DNA of 63,992 bases, counting the filler, from an uncultured bacterium (GTDB taxonomy: Bacteria > Auribacterota > CAZIXI01), in the NCBI GenBank assembly GCA_964543115.1. It is 3 parts of 3 records of this genome, joined end to end, with 100 filler letters (N's around TTAATTAATTAA, not from the genome) between each part and the next. Parts side by side here need not be neighbours in the genome. Positions count along the whole stretch, not along the records: positions 1 to 23,819 come from CAZIXI010000017.1; 2 more parts are not named here. One strand, written 5' to 3'. Position numbers and translations under genes: made by a program. The notes below the pieces were generated by a model. That model made no database searches. It was not told where the DNA came from and saw only the letters and a program-made list of their open reading frames with translations. Of the stretch, positions 9,646 through 20,300 are shown in pieces (the stretch's first letter is position 1; each line of letters opens with the position of its first letter).

Positions 9646-12600
9646 CTAAACCGCCATGTCCAACTCCACCGCTTCTTCCACAACGCTGAAGTGGTATATC
9701 CGGCCAAAATAGCTTTGGGCCTTTAGTTCTGAGGCAATCTTACGCGCACTGGCGCTGATGGCGGCAAAGACCAGCTGTTCCTTGCCTTGCAGGGCCGGAC
9801 GCTGTCTGCGCCAGGCGGATTTACCCTGGATGCTTACTATCTGGTCCTGGTAAAACCACTTGAACCAATTATCCTTTGCCTTTTGGACAAACTCACTAAG
9901 ATTACAGGTGCGGTTCTCATATGTGTCTCCATATTCTTCAGGATCAAAAACCGGTGCCCAAGTACGCGTAAAACCAAGTTTTTCAATGATTTTTGTTTTC
10001 GGATCGTCCGGGCGAACAACGGCATCCCAGCCGGCATGATCAATTAGCGGCCACTCTTCATTGCTTATGGTGTAAAAGGTGTGGGCGTTTTCCGGTGACC
10101 AACCTAATTCCTTACAAATATTGCCACCGACCAAAAAGGCGCGGCAGAATATTTCCCGGATCATCCGGCTCTCGGAAACGTAATATTTTAACCCGCAGGT
10201 ATTGATACTAACATTTTCCGGGGTTATCTCCAGAAACACACTGCCCAAATAAACACCTTTCCAGAAATACTCGATAGAAACATGAACAAGGTTCTTCTCA
10301 ACATTATGACGAGAAATCTGCCAGATCTCTTCTATCTCGTGGCTGGGAATAAATGTGCTTCCCGTTTTTTCCGGCAGCACGGGGTCTTGGAGGGTAGAAA
10401 TTGTTCCCCCACTAAACTGGCCTGATTCAGCGATGGCCGCGGCCAGGCCGGAATCCAGAACTATAATATCATGATAAATTTCGCGGTTATTTATCTTTTC
10501 TTGTCGTGTGTGTCCCCGGGGACGAGAATACACATCTATGTTGTCATCACGATCCTCCTTCACCAATATCCCCCGGGCAAAGGCAAAGCTGTCGGTATGA
10601 GAATAGTTCTTGGAATAACGGTGCAGAAGGCCGCCATGAACTACATAAACACAATTATCAATTATCGCTACCCGGAATTCATCTTCATCTTTGGCCGCGG
10701 AGGCATGCGGGGTGATATCCTCCCAATATGAGGGTATAGTTTCTAGTTTGTCCCTGGTCTGCCTTAGTAAGGTGGCCAAGGGAATACAGCCAAAAACAAT
10801 TTTAGCAGAAATTTCTTCCGCTAGCTGTTTTTCCCGGAGCCGTTTTTCCACTTCCGCGGCGATTCGTTCCTGACGCAGTTCCGCGCCGGCGGGCTGAGCT
10901 GGTTTGCGCGCGGCTTCTTGACGCTTGGTTCTGTTTCTTATATAAAACAGGAATAATTGTCGCTGCTTTAGCCTAAAATAAGGAGTTAGCCAGATTAACA
11001 TCAAATTTTCCAGCAAGGCTAAACAGTTCAGGCGTAACCGTTGAAAATAATCATTGATATTCTCAGGGTCGCCCTGCTCGAAATCCCGCAGGTCATAATA
11101 ATACATCTTTCCGTCTCTGGTACCCATATTTGTCAGGATGGATATATCTTTTACCCAGTAGCCGCAACGCCAGATTTCTTCCATCGTCTCAAACACCTGG
11201 TCAATCAATTGTTTTGCTTTTTCCTCATTGCTTTCGAAAAGATAAAACAATAATCCGGCTATAGGCATTTGCCGGCCGCCGAGAGGCATCTGGTCGAATA
11301 TGACCAGCGGTTCTACTTCATCCTGCACATATACTGTTCCTGAAGATATCGTATGACCGTCCGGACCGCGAAAGCGAACATTGTGGAGTTTGGTTGTTGG
11401 AACAAATACCGATCCCAGGTCGCTGAGCACCTGGTCTATCTCTTTTTCTGCCTGCGTATTTATCGGATCGTGGATAATAAAACCGCCGCAGCGGTAAACC
11501 CTGCACTGGGTCAATTTCTTGCCGGAAGGGCCGCTAATCAGTTCCCAGGTCTTTCCTTCGATTGCTTCCCGCAGGACTTTTTCCGGGGTAAATTCCGCGG
11601 CTACCTGTTCATGAATGTCATCTTCCCCAGAAATTATCGAAGCCAAGGGCAGCTGGAGAGCCAATGCCAGCACATAGGCTAGCACATCCGGTATAGTTGA
11701 AAAGAAAATAGCTCCTATGGCAAATGTTAAAAATAACAGATAACCACCGGAATCAAGCCATTTTGTCCGTTTTGCGGGCAGCTGGCGCTCTAAATAGGGC
11801 CGGCGCCGGGCCCAACGCCAGAGGATTTCGTGATAATAGATCTCGTGATCTTCCACTGAGGCGGCTAAACTGAAATTTTTCTTTACATACTCGCGTCCCG
11901 CGCGGCCGAGCTCAGAACATAACCGGGCATCTTTAACCAAATATTCTATTTTTTCGGCCAGGCCGGTTATGTCGCCTTTATCCAGCAGGTAGCCGGTTTG
12001 TCCATGATGCAGGGCTTCTTGTGTACCGCCAGTATCGTAGGCCAGTACGGGCCGCTGCATGGCCTGGGCCTCCAGCAGTACCCGCCCCAGACCCTCGTAA
12101 TAACTGGGTAGTACCGCGAGATCACAGGCGCCGTAGTAATCGCGCAGATCTTTCTGGGAAAGCGGACCGGTAACAATGTAGTGTTCCCCTTCTATTAAGC
12201 CCAGTTCTTTGGCGGTTTCTGTTAGGCGCGCGCATAGCTGCAAATCGCGTTTTTCGCCGGCAAAAACTGCGGTTACCGGACACCCTTTACTTTTGAGGAT
12301 TGCGGCAACTCTTAACAGGTCTTCCTGACCCTTGTCCGGAGAGATATGCGCGGGCAGTAAAACGCCGGGATATTTAATTTTGCGGCCGATGGGCCGGGCG
12401 TTTTCCGGACGGAAATAGTCCAGGTCTATTCCGTCGGGCAGAAACCTGAAGGCCCATTTTAGCTTTTGCGGGATATCGCCGGTATTTACTCCGGCAATGC
12501 CGTAGGCTAATCCGGCAACTTGTTTGGCGGTCTGCTGTTCAAAGGTTTTGTTTTCTGTATGGTTATGCACGATCAAAGGGATATCCGCCAGCTGGGCAGC

Positions 12601-13254
12601 TTGCGCCAGGAACAGGCTTTCCAGCCATTCCGCGTAATGGGTAACGGCCAGATCCACTTTATGCCTGCGCATAATGCCTAAATACTGATCCAGATAGGGC
12701 ATGTCCCGGTGCTGGTAGAATTCCAGCAGAAACGGAAAGCGCCTTAACACTTTGGAGAATCTTGTGCGCAATAACCAATCCCTAAGCTGTTCCTTAAACC
12801 CTAAACTCGCGGTCAGTTTTTTAATCAGTTTGTAGCGGTCTGAATCAACAGGTTGTTTCTCGGCCGGCGGTGAAACGAGTAGCGGATATTTTATCAGTTC
12901 GGAACCGTTACCGTAGGGAAGCTTAATCTTCTTCTCTCTTTCCCCGGGATCCTCCGTCAAAAAGACATAAACGATCTTTACCCGGTTGCGCCGCAGTAAT
13001 TCCGGCATGAGAAAGCGCAGGTATGTCTCCAGGCCGCCGTAACCTTCAAAACGGCCGAAGACAAGGATGGTTTTATCATCCAGCAGGCCGGTGATTGGCT
13101 GGAATGCCGGCGTTTGGTCTTCCACCGCTTTAGTCATCAAGGCAGCCGTCTCTTTCAGACCGGAGGCGGGCGCCAAAGGATAGAGGTTTGCCGCGTTGCC
13201 GATGAGCAAAGACAATATCAGTAAAAATGTAATTGTTTTTCGCAAACTTTTCAT
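9646..13254 (-). CDS. Signal-peptide chimera: GT4 (GT-B) glycosyltransferase, TM segment, kinase-like domain and unknown C-terminal domain
   Basis: LPSYYEGLGRVLLEAQAMQRPVLAYDTGG (GT4 E-x7-E). Hydrophobic helix LLFLTFAIGAIFF. WVKDISILTN...YYYDLRDF resembles a catalytic loop and DFG equivalent. Confidence 0.8.
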   Translation of the reverse strand: MKSLRKTITFLLILSLLIGNAANLYPLAPASGLKETAALMTKAVEDQTPAFQPITGLLDDKTILVFGRFEGYGGLETYLRFLMPELLRRNRVKIVYVFLTEDPGEREKKIKLPYGNGSELIKYPLLVSPPAEKQPVDSDRYKLIKKLTASLGFKEQLRDWLLRTRFSKVLRRFPFLLEFYQHRDMPYLDQYLGIMRRHKVDLAVTHYAEWLESLFLAQAAQLADIPLIVHNHTENKTFEQQTAKQVAGLAYGIAGVNTGDIPQKLKWAFRFLPDGIDLDYFRPENARPIGRKIKYPGVLLPAHISPDKGQEDLLRVAAILKSKGCPVTAVFAGEKRDLQLCARLTETAKELGLIEGEHYIVTGPLSQKDLRDYYGACDLAVLPSYYEGLGRVLLEAQAMQRPVLAYDTGGTQEALHHGQTGYLLDKGDITGLAEKIEYLVKDARLCSELGRAGREYVKKNFSLAASVEDHEIYYHEILWRWARRRPYLERQLPAKRTKWLDSGGYLLFLTFAIGAIFFSTIPDVLAYVLALALQLPLASIISGEDDIHEQVAAEFTPEKVLREAIEGKTWELISGPSGKKLTQCRVYRCGGFIIHDPINTQAEKEIDQVLSDLGSVFVPTTKLHNVRFRGPDGHTISSGTVYVQDEVEPLVIFDQMPLGGRQMPIAGLLFYLFESNEEKAKQLIDQVFETMEEIWRCGYWVKDISILTNMGTRDGKMYYYDLRDFEQGDPENINDYFQRLRLNCLALLENLMLIWLTPYFRLKQRQLFLFYIRNRTKRQEAARKPAQPAGAELRQERIAAEVEKRLREKQLAEEISAKIVFGCIPLATLLRQTRDKLETIPSYWEDITPHASAAKDEDEFRVAIIDNCVYVVHGGLLHRYSKNYSHTDSFAFARGILVKEDRDDNIDVYSRPRGHTRQEKINNREIYHDIIVLDSGLAAAIAESGQFSGGTISTLQDPVLPEKTGSTFIPSHEIEEIWQISRHNVEKNLVHVSIEYFWKGVYLGSVFLEITPENVSINTCGLKYYVSESRMIREIFCRAFLVGGNICKELGWSPENAHTFYTISNEEWPLIDHAGWDAVVRPDDPKTKIIEKLGFTRTWAPVFDPEEYGDTYENRTCNLSEFVQKAKDNWFKWFYQDQIVSIQGKSAWRRQRPALQGKEQLVFAAISASARKIASELKAQSYFGRIYHFSVVEEAVELDMAV

Positions 13255-13261
13255 ATTTTTT

Positions 13262-14278
13262 CTATAATGATTTTTTGGTTTCCATTTCGGCTGTCTGCCT
13301 TTCTAACCGCCGCCGGACTTCCTGCCTGATCACTCTTCGCCAAAGCGCTATTCCGGCAGGCGGAGTTTCTCTGGTTTCCGCCTGAGTTTTCTTTCCAGGC
13401 CATAATCGTCCTGCATTAGCGACGGTAAGCGTCTGCCGGCCGCGCCGCATAAAATATTCTATAAGCGGATTATCCGCGCCTAAGGCAGTATTTAAAATGT
13501 GCCGGTTATGCTCAAGCACGTTATCTAAACACTTTTGGTGAACCAGCGGTGAATAACGTCCGGGATCATAAAACTCCCCCAGATCAAAATAAACAACCTT
13601 ACCGTCCCGGTATCCGGTATTGGCCAGAAAGGCCAGATCCCGGATCCAGAGCCCTGAACGCCAGAGGTCTTCTATCAAAGCAAAGAAATCATCAATAAGG
13701 GCTTTTGCTTTCTCCGGATCCTTTTGCGACAGAGCAGATAAAAATCCTTTCTTGTAGAGAATATTCCGCACACCGAATCTCTTACCACTTATTTCAATCA
13801 GCGGTATTGCCCGTTCCTGCAGGTAGACAATTTCAATTTGATTGGGGCCGTGTGCCTCAGGATTGATCTCAGATGATGTCAGTATGGTTGTGGGCACCAT
13901 TCTGTTGCCAAACCTCGCCAGGGCTGCACGCGCGTCATCAATAACTGTTTGAAATTTCACATTTTTGGGTACGTGAAGTATGTAATTTCCGCAGCGGTAA
14001 ACATACCATTTGGAAAGAACGTCAAACTCCATACCGGTCCAAAAGTCATTTGGGGCTGAAAGCAGCTCCCAGGGAGTTTCCTGGATATAGCGCCAGAGCA
14101 CTTTTTCTAAGGTGAATTCCGCTTCTACTTCTGCCTGGATACGCAGCCTGGTCTCTTCAGGAGATTCTTCCGGTTGGCAGGAAGAAATGGGGGAAAGGGC
14201 ATAAAGTCCGGCAGGACATATAGATACACACAGTAAGATTACAATTACCTTAATCAGGATAATTTTCACGCGAAACAC
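13262..14278 (-). CDS. Signal-peptide protein with an atypical protein-kinase-like (Kdo/RIO-like) domain; paralog of the middle domain of 9646..13254
   Basis: LWIRDLAFLANTG (D-x4-N), VYFDLGEF (DFG-like), IVYLQERA (hinge-like); clear alignment to the neighbouring gene. Confidence 0.65.
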   Translation of the reverse strand: MFRVKIILIKVIVILLCVSICPAGLYALSPISSCQPEESPEETRLRIQAEVEAEFTLEKVLWRYIQETPWELLSAPNDFWTGMEFDVLSKWYVYRCGNYILHVPKNVKFQTVIDDARAALARFGNRMVPTTILTSSEINPEAHGPNQIEIVYLQERAIPLIEISGKRFGVRNILYKKGFLSALSQKDPEKAKALIDDFFALIEDLWRSGLWIRDLAFLANTGYRDGKVVYFDLGEFYDPGRYSPLVHQKCLDNVLEHNRHILNTALGADNPLIEYFMRRGRQTLTVANAGRLWPGKKTQAETRETPPAGIALWRRVIRQEVRRRLERQTAEMETKKSL

Positions 14279-14302
14279 CCCCCAATAATTAATAACTACT
14301 GT

Positions 14303-14330
14303 AATATAGCACAGGAAGGGCGTTTGTCAA
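14303..14330 (-). promoter_or_regulatory. Sigma70-type promoter for the kinase-like / GT4 gene pair
   Basis: TTGACA-16 bp-TATATT with an extended -10 TGn. Confidence 0.65.
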
Positions 14331-14372
14331 TATAGCGGGAGAAATATTTCTTAGATTATAGGCTAATTATAA

Positions 14373-17300
14373 TTACGCGGAATGGCTGATTAATTCCTCG
14401 GCGCCTATTAACGCGTCATAATAATCTGCCGCGAAAGGAATTATGGGTGGTAAGACAAGTGATATGCCGCTGCCGGACATGCCCTTAACGATCTCTTCAA
14501 CTGAGTCTTTACTGCCGCTATAATATGTTCGCAGGATTGACCGGATATCGTCCCAGAATTCGCCGTTTAGACCCACTTCCGGATCGATTTCCGCCCGCGC
14601 GTAACGCAGGGCGATAAGCCACATTAAGGAATAATCTGTAGTCGCGGTATCGGTTACCAATACTCTGTCGTTAACCTCATCCCTGCCCCGCCGGAACCGC
14701 TCTTCCGGGGTTACCAGGGAAACTAACGAACGGCTGATATCTTCCGGGATACGGGAAAAGTCCAGCCGCGCCTCTATCGCGGTAACTACTTTTGTTTTTA
14801 TATCTGCATAATCATCTGCTGCCGTTACCGGAACAAAAAGAAAACAGGTGTTAGTGTCTGTTCCCGGCAGTTTTTCCGCCAATAACCGCTTAAATACCGT
14901 TAGCTGCTTCGGACGCTCCTTATCGTAACTAAAAACTAATAATGATTGTTCGGCGATAACGTCCCTGAACACTCTAAGCACGCTCCGATCAAACTTTGCC
15001 GAACACTGTCTTAAGGAGGCGGCTGTTCCGTCGCCCAAATACACTGATAGATGCTGATGAAAAACAGGAAGGGATCGCTGCCGCTTGAGTGCGGATAATT
15101 CTTCGTTTAGCTGCCGATCTAAATGCCCTCTCTGTTCCCGGAATGAGTTTTCTGAAAGTAATTCCGCGGGTAATTGCTCCAGACCTTTACGGCTGATGAT
15201 TTTCTTGATTCCGGCTTCTGCCTGTCCGCTAACCACCAGCTCTTCTCCCAAAAGGTACCGGGCCAGCACATCTGCAAGCGCTGTTTTTTTCCGTCCTTGC
15301 TGACGCCGCAGATAGTCGCCAATCATTTTTCCGGTATCGGCACTTAACCTTAACGGTTCTGTCTCTTCCGCCGCCAGTTTCAACCGCCGGCGTACCTGAT
15401 GCAAAACGCGAATGTATCGCCTTAATGCCGTTACTTCTGCTTTGATATCTTTTTCGGAAAGTTCTTCTATTCTATCAAGAAACACCTCCGCTACCGCCGC
15501 ATCCTTACGCCGCAATTCCAGCAGCATTTTTTCCGCCTGCGGCCGGTAGTCCCGGTCCACGTCTAGAACCGCGATTAGATCCGCGATACATTGCGGCAGC
15601 AGCTCTTTACCCAGGGCATAAATCGTTATCTGGATGGCTATCCGTTTAATTAATTCCTTTTTCTCTTCTTCAAGGATCAGGGTTCCCTGGCCGGAAAGCA
15701 ATTTATCCATAACCCCGATTACTAATTCAAAGTTAGCGGTTAAAAGCTCTATTTCCTCCGCCCTGATCTCTCCATCATTTCCTCTCATGATCCGCCAGAG
15801 CGCGCGTTTAACGGTTTCAGTTTTTTCTCTGTCCCCTGGCGCGCGCAGTAACTCCATCAGGTCCGGAAGGCGTTCCGCGCCCACTCCCAGCTGTGACGCG
15901 AGGTCCCGCCACTGGAGTTCAGAGAGGAACCGCGCCGGTTCTGAATCATCTTCCTTGAAATCCAATATTGAAATATCTATCAACCTGTCCGCTCTCAGAC
16001 CCAGTTCAGCGGCGTATTTAATGTCCTGTACCGCCTGCCGGGATTCAAAGGCTCTGAGCGCGGATCCGCGCTGCTCTCCCTCTATTTCATGCGCCAGTTC
16101 ATGACGCAGTCCGAGCCGGAGCAGGTTCGTTCGCAGCTGCTGATTTCCATCTCCTTTCGTTGCCTGATAGAGCTGTTCGTTTATCCCGATAAAACCGTTT
16201 CCCTGATGATCCTCAAAAAGATGGGTTGACCCGCTTAGCATTGAAATAACCAGGGTTGCGGACGGGCCGGCAGCTATTCTTGTCATTAACTGCTCCTGTT
16301 CCCGACGGGACATTTTATTTATAAGTCCGGTTAAAGTCACTTTTACTTCCTGTTCTTTCTCTCTATCAAGGTCATAGACGACTTTAATGAAGCTGTCTTT
16401 CCCTAATTTTCTCAATTCTAGCTGTTCGGTTTGCTTTTCTGCGGTTACCCGCTCTTTATATTCCGCTAACCTGCCCCGCTGCCCGAGGTTGACTTCCTCA
16501 CCGTCACTGTACCAGCCGCGCCTTAACCAAAGTCCCGCGCGGCCCTGTTTTAGTCTCAACGCCTCCATATGCGCCGCTTTCTCTCCCCCGGCTCTTTCCC
16601 CGGCTGCTTGCACACGTCTGCCGACTATCACCCGCTCGCCAGCTAAGAGACTGTTGTAATCAGGAATCCACATATCATTCATTGTCGATATCCGGTCCCA
16701 CCTGATGTTATAGCGCATGGAAATGCCCCAGAGGGTCTCGCCTTTCTTTACCGGATGAAACAGGTGCAAGGGTAATCTGATCTCCTGTCCCGCCGCCAGG
16801 CCATAGGGTTTGGAAACACGATTGTAACGGGCCAGTAACGGCGCCAGGCGCTGATTGTTGTAGTAGCGCGCGGCAAGTTTGTAGAGGTTATAATCACCGG
16901 GCCGGACCTTATAGACTATTTCTTCCGGTTCAGCCCTCTTGTTATCTTCTCTTACCGCCTCTTCTATATCGAGTTTCTTTGCGCTTTCTATTGCCGGGCC
17001 ATCACTGTCTGGTTCTTTCCGGGGGATTGTCTGCTGCTGCTGCGGCGGCGGCGGCTGATTCCATGATTCTATGGCATCATTTGCGCCGCGCACGAAAACG
17101 AAACTCATGAAAATGACCAGCGCTATTAGAACAGCAACGCTTGCTATCCTGCTTACGGAAAGCATTATCCTTCTCAAACCGGAATGTTTAATGAACCAGT
17201 CGCTGCCGCGCAATAATGTGTCCCCGCCGATTGTAAAAAATAAAGTGTCTGGGATTTTTTCCGCAAGTACCGGTCTCCCCTCGTCTTCTTCCGGATAAAT

Positions 17301-20300
17301 CGTTTCCAGCAGTTCCGCCACGGATTCCTTTTCACTCTCTTCGGCCGCGAATAACCAGCGCCATAAACGCAGCAGTAACGATTCTTGTTCCGGTTCTTGC
17401 TGCGCGGCTGCCGGTTTTAACTCTTCAGGGATTTCTTCCGCTTCGCTCTCCACTTCATCCGCAGCCTGTCCCGCTAACCATTCCTCGAAATCAGGTCCCC
17501 GATCTTCCGCTTCCGGTTCCCTATCCGCAGTTTCTGCTGCAGGGTCCGGATCTGCCTCGTTTGTTTCCTCTTCTTCCCGGTCATCTTCTGCTTTTTCCTC
17601 CTCCTCTTTTTCTGTTTCTTCCACTTCTACCTCGAACGGAGGAATGGTCTCTTTTTTCTGTCTTGGTTCTGTATCAGCCGCTATCGGGGCTTTTTCTTCT
17701 TTCGCTTCGGCAACAGCGGTATCTCCTCTTTTCCTTTTCTCTTCCCGCCAGGGGTAGTCCGCTCCCGCTCGTTTAAGTTTGCGGTAAATTCGGTAGGCCA
17801 GCCATTTGAGGTATTCTTTACTCTCCGTTACATCACCCGGTGTACGCTCCAGCAGTCTTTCTAGAATCCGGGCAGCGTTATCCAGCCGGTTATTATCGTT
17901 TTCATGGTCCAGGAGACTGATCCCTAAACGCGCGCCCAGTTCTTCGACTATTATCCGGCTGCAGTTATAATAAATACCGTACATATCGCTCAAGCTTGCT
18001 TTTGTGTAAATATAGAGGTTCAGGATTTTCATTAACTCCGTAAACGGCGCGTCAAACTGCTCTTGCCGCAGCTCGGGGCCCCCCGCCCGCTCGTCCCGGT
18101 AATGAAAAGGCGTTTTCCGGCTATAGAGGCCGCGTCTGTCCGCGCGTGTCCCGCGCCAGATAGAGGCAAGATAGGATAGTGATTCTGTCTTGATCCGGTT
18201 AAATTCTTTTAATGAACCGAGTCCTTCCTGGTAAACGGTATGATCTAATTCGTGGATTGCCGTGGAATTCTGGCTGGTACAAATAATTTTTTCCATTTGT
18301 TCGGTGTTTCCTTCGGTCACCGGGCCGTAATCAATCAGCAGTGCCTGCTCCGCCAGCTGATTGAGTTTATGCCCTCCGGTTGCCCGGCCCAGAAGTAACG
18401 GTAATAACTGTTTTTTTGTTTCCGCGCGGATTGTTTCGTTTAAAACCACGCCGTGCAGTTCTCCGGTATAGGTGAAGCCCAGGGCCGCAACCTCTTTCCT
18501 TATCCTGTCTATCCGCTCCCCTAAATAATAAATCGGCAGCCGTCTGCGGCTCATTCCGGGACCCTTAAGTTCGCTGGCCAGATACCGTTTGCTGACGATT
18601 TTATGGCTGATCATGGTCAAAAAGGGTGTTTTTATCTCCCGCAGAGCGGTCTCAACACTGCGGGATACGCTCTGTATTTCAATATGCACGTTATAACGAA
18701 TCAGGTAAATACAATTTCTGATCCCGTCAAACAGTTTATTTTCAATACTGTCAATATCCGCCGCTTCCCGAAACAAACGCCGTAATAATGTTTTGAATTC
18801 CGCGGCTTCAGCACCAAAGATCAAACTGCCGTTAACGCCGCGTAAGTCCAGCACCGCAAGCATTAATTTATAGAGCCGGGTGAACCTAACCTGATCGGGA
18901 TCATTACCGTTAATCTCCTCTCCGCGCAGGAAACGCAGAGCGCGGGAAGCGGTAATCACTGACAGGGCGATGAAATAATTGCCTAAAACCCTGTTTACAT
19001 AAAGGCATATCTTTTCATGTTCACTTAAATCCGGCTGCTGCGCTAAGTTATCCCTTGCCCTTTCTATCTCTTGCAGGGCGCTCTCATATTTCTCTTCCGC
19101 AAGTGAATATACCTTCTCTTCCGGCGGCTGTTTGTAACGGAACCCCGCTAAAGTACCGTCTTCACTAATAGAATCGTCTCCGGTCTGGCTCCGGTAGCCG
19201 CCAATTGTTTCAGGAATTGCCGTTTCTTCTTCCGCTTCCCGTTCACCGACTAATTCTATTTCCTCAAATCTTCTCCGCCGCGGCGGTTCCCAGAACTCTA
19301 TCCGGTACAGGAGATCATCAATTCCCGGCTGCAGGAAATCACTTATCTCATCTGCCCTCGGCAATTCTTTTCCCGGTGACAGATTATATCGTCTTGGTAA
19401 ATCATAGTTATTGCGTAAATAACCGTAAATAAGCCTTATCTTTCCGGCAGTGTCTTCCCGGGCCCGGGCTAATTGTTCCAACAATTTCATATATTCCCTG
19501 GCTCCCAGCAACTGAAGTTCTTTCAGATATATCTCCCGAGAATAATGTTTAACGAAACGGCCCTCATCGAGTCGAGCATTAATGTCTCCATCCTCTAGTA
19601 AAATTAAGGCAATATCAGTCAATAAACCCCGAGGAATCGCCGTCTCCTCCACCCGCAACAGTTCACCGAATATCTTGGCGGCCGCGTAACGGTAGCGCTG
19701 CGCAAGGAGTACGCGCAGCAGCAGTTCATGTCGACGATAAAGCGCAGCACTCAGGCAGACGGTTAAATCAATTTCTAATGTCTGGTTCTCCCGGTCAATA
19801 GCAGCCGGGGAGGAACCGTTAAGCACTAAACGTATCCGGAAAGGACTCAGCGCAGACCAAAATTCGCTTATCGACGTGAAAAAATGTATTTCAGATTCAA
19901 AGGCGGCAACCGCGGCAGGCACAAGGTAACGGTTTAATTCTTCTAAACCTTCTCCGCTAATCTCTTCTGTAAGTATTTTCCGGGTCCTTTCTATTAGCGT
20001 CCTTAATTTTTCTCGTTTATGCTGTTTGCCCCGCAGCTGGTTTCTGATGGCGATCAATTTTTCGTATTGCCGCAAATGTGGATATCGCCGGCGCGTGAAC
20101 TCGTCATCTACAACAAGATCCGCTTCCTTCGGATAGCCCTTAAAATAATTACTGAGAACTACCTGAATCAGTGCTGCCAGCGCCCTCGTTTGTGCAGGAG
20201 TAACCGCGTGCGCCTCCATTTGCCGCAGGTATTCATTAAGATAATTTTCATTTACTGCTTCAACTTGTCCGATTATTGTATTATTGAACGGACTGTTGTC

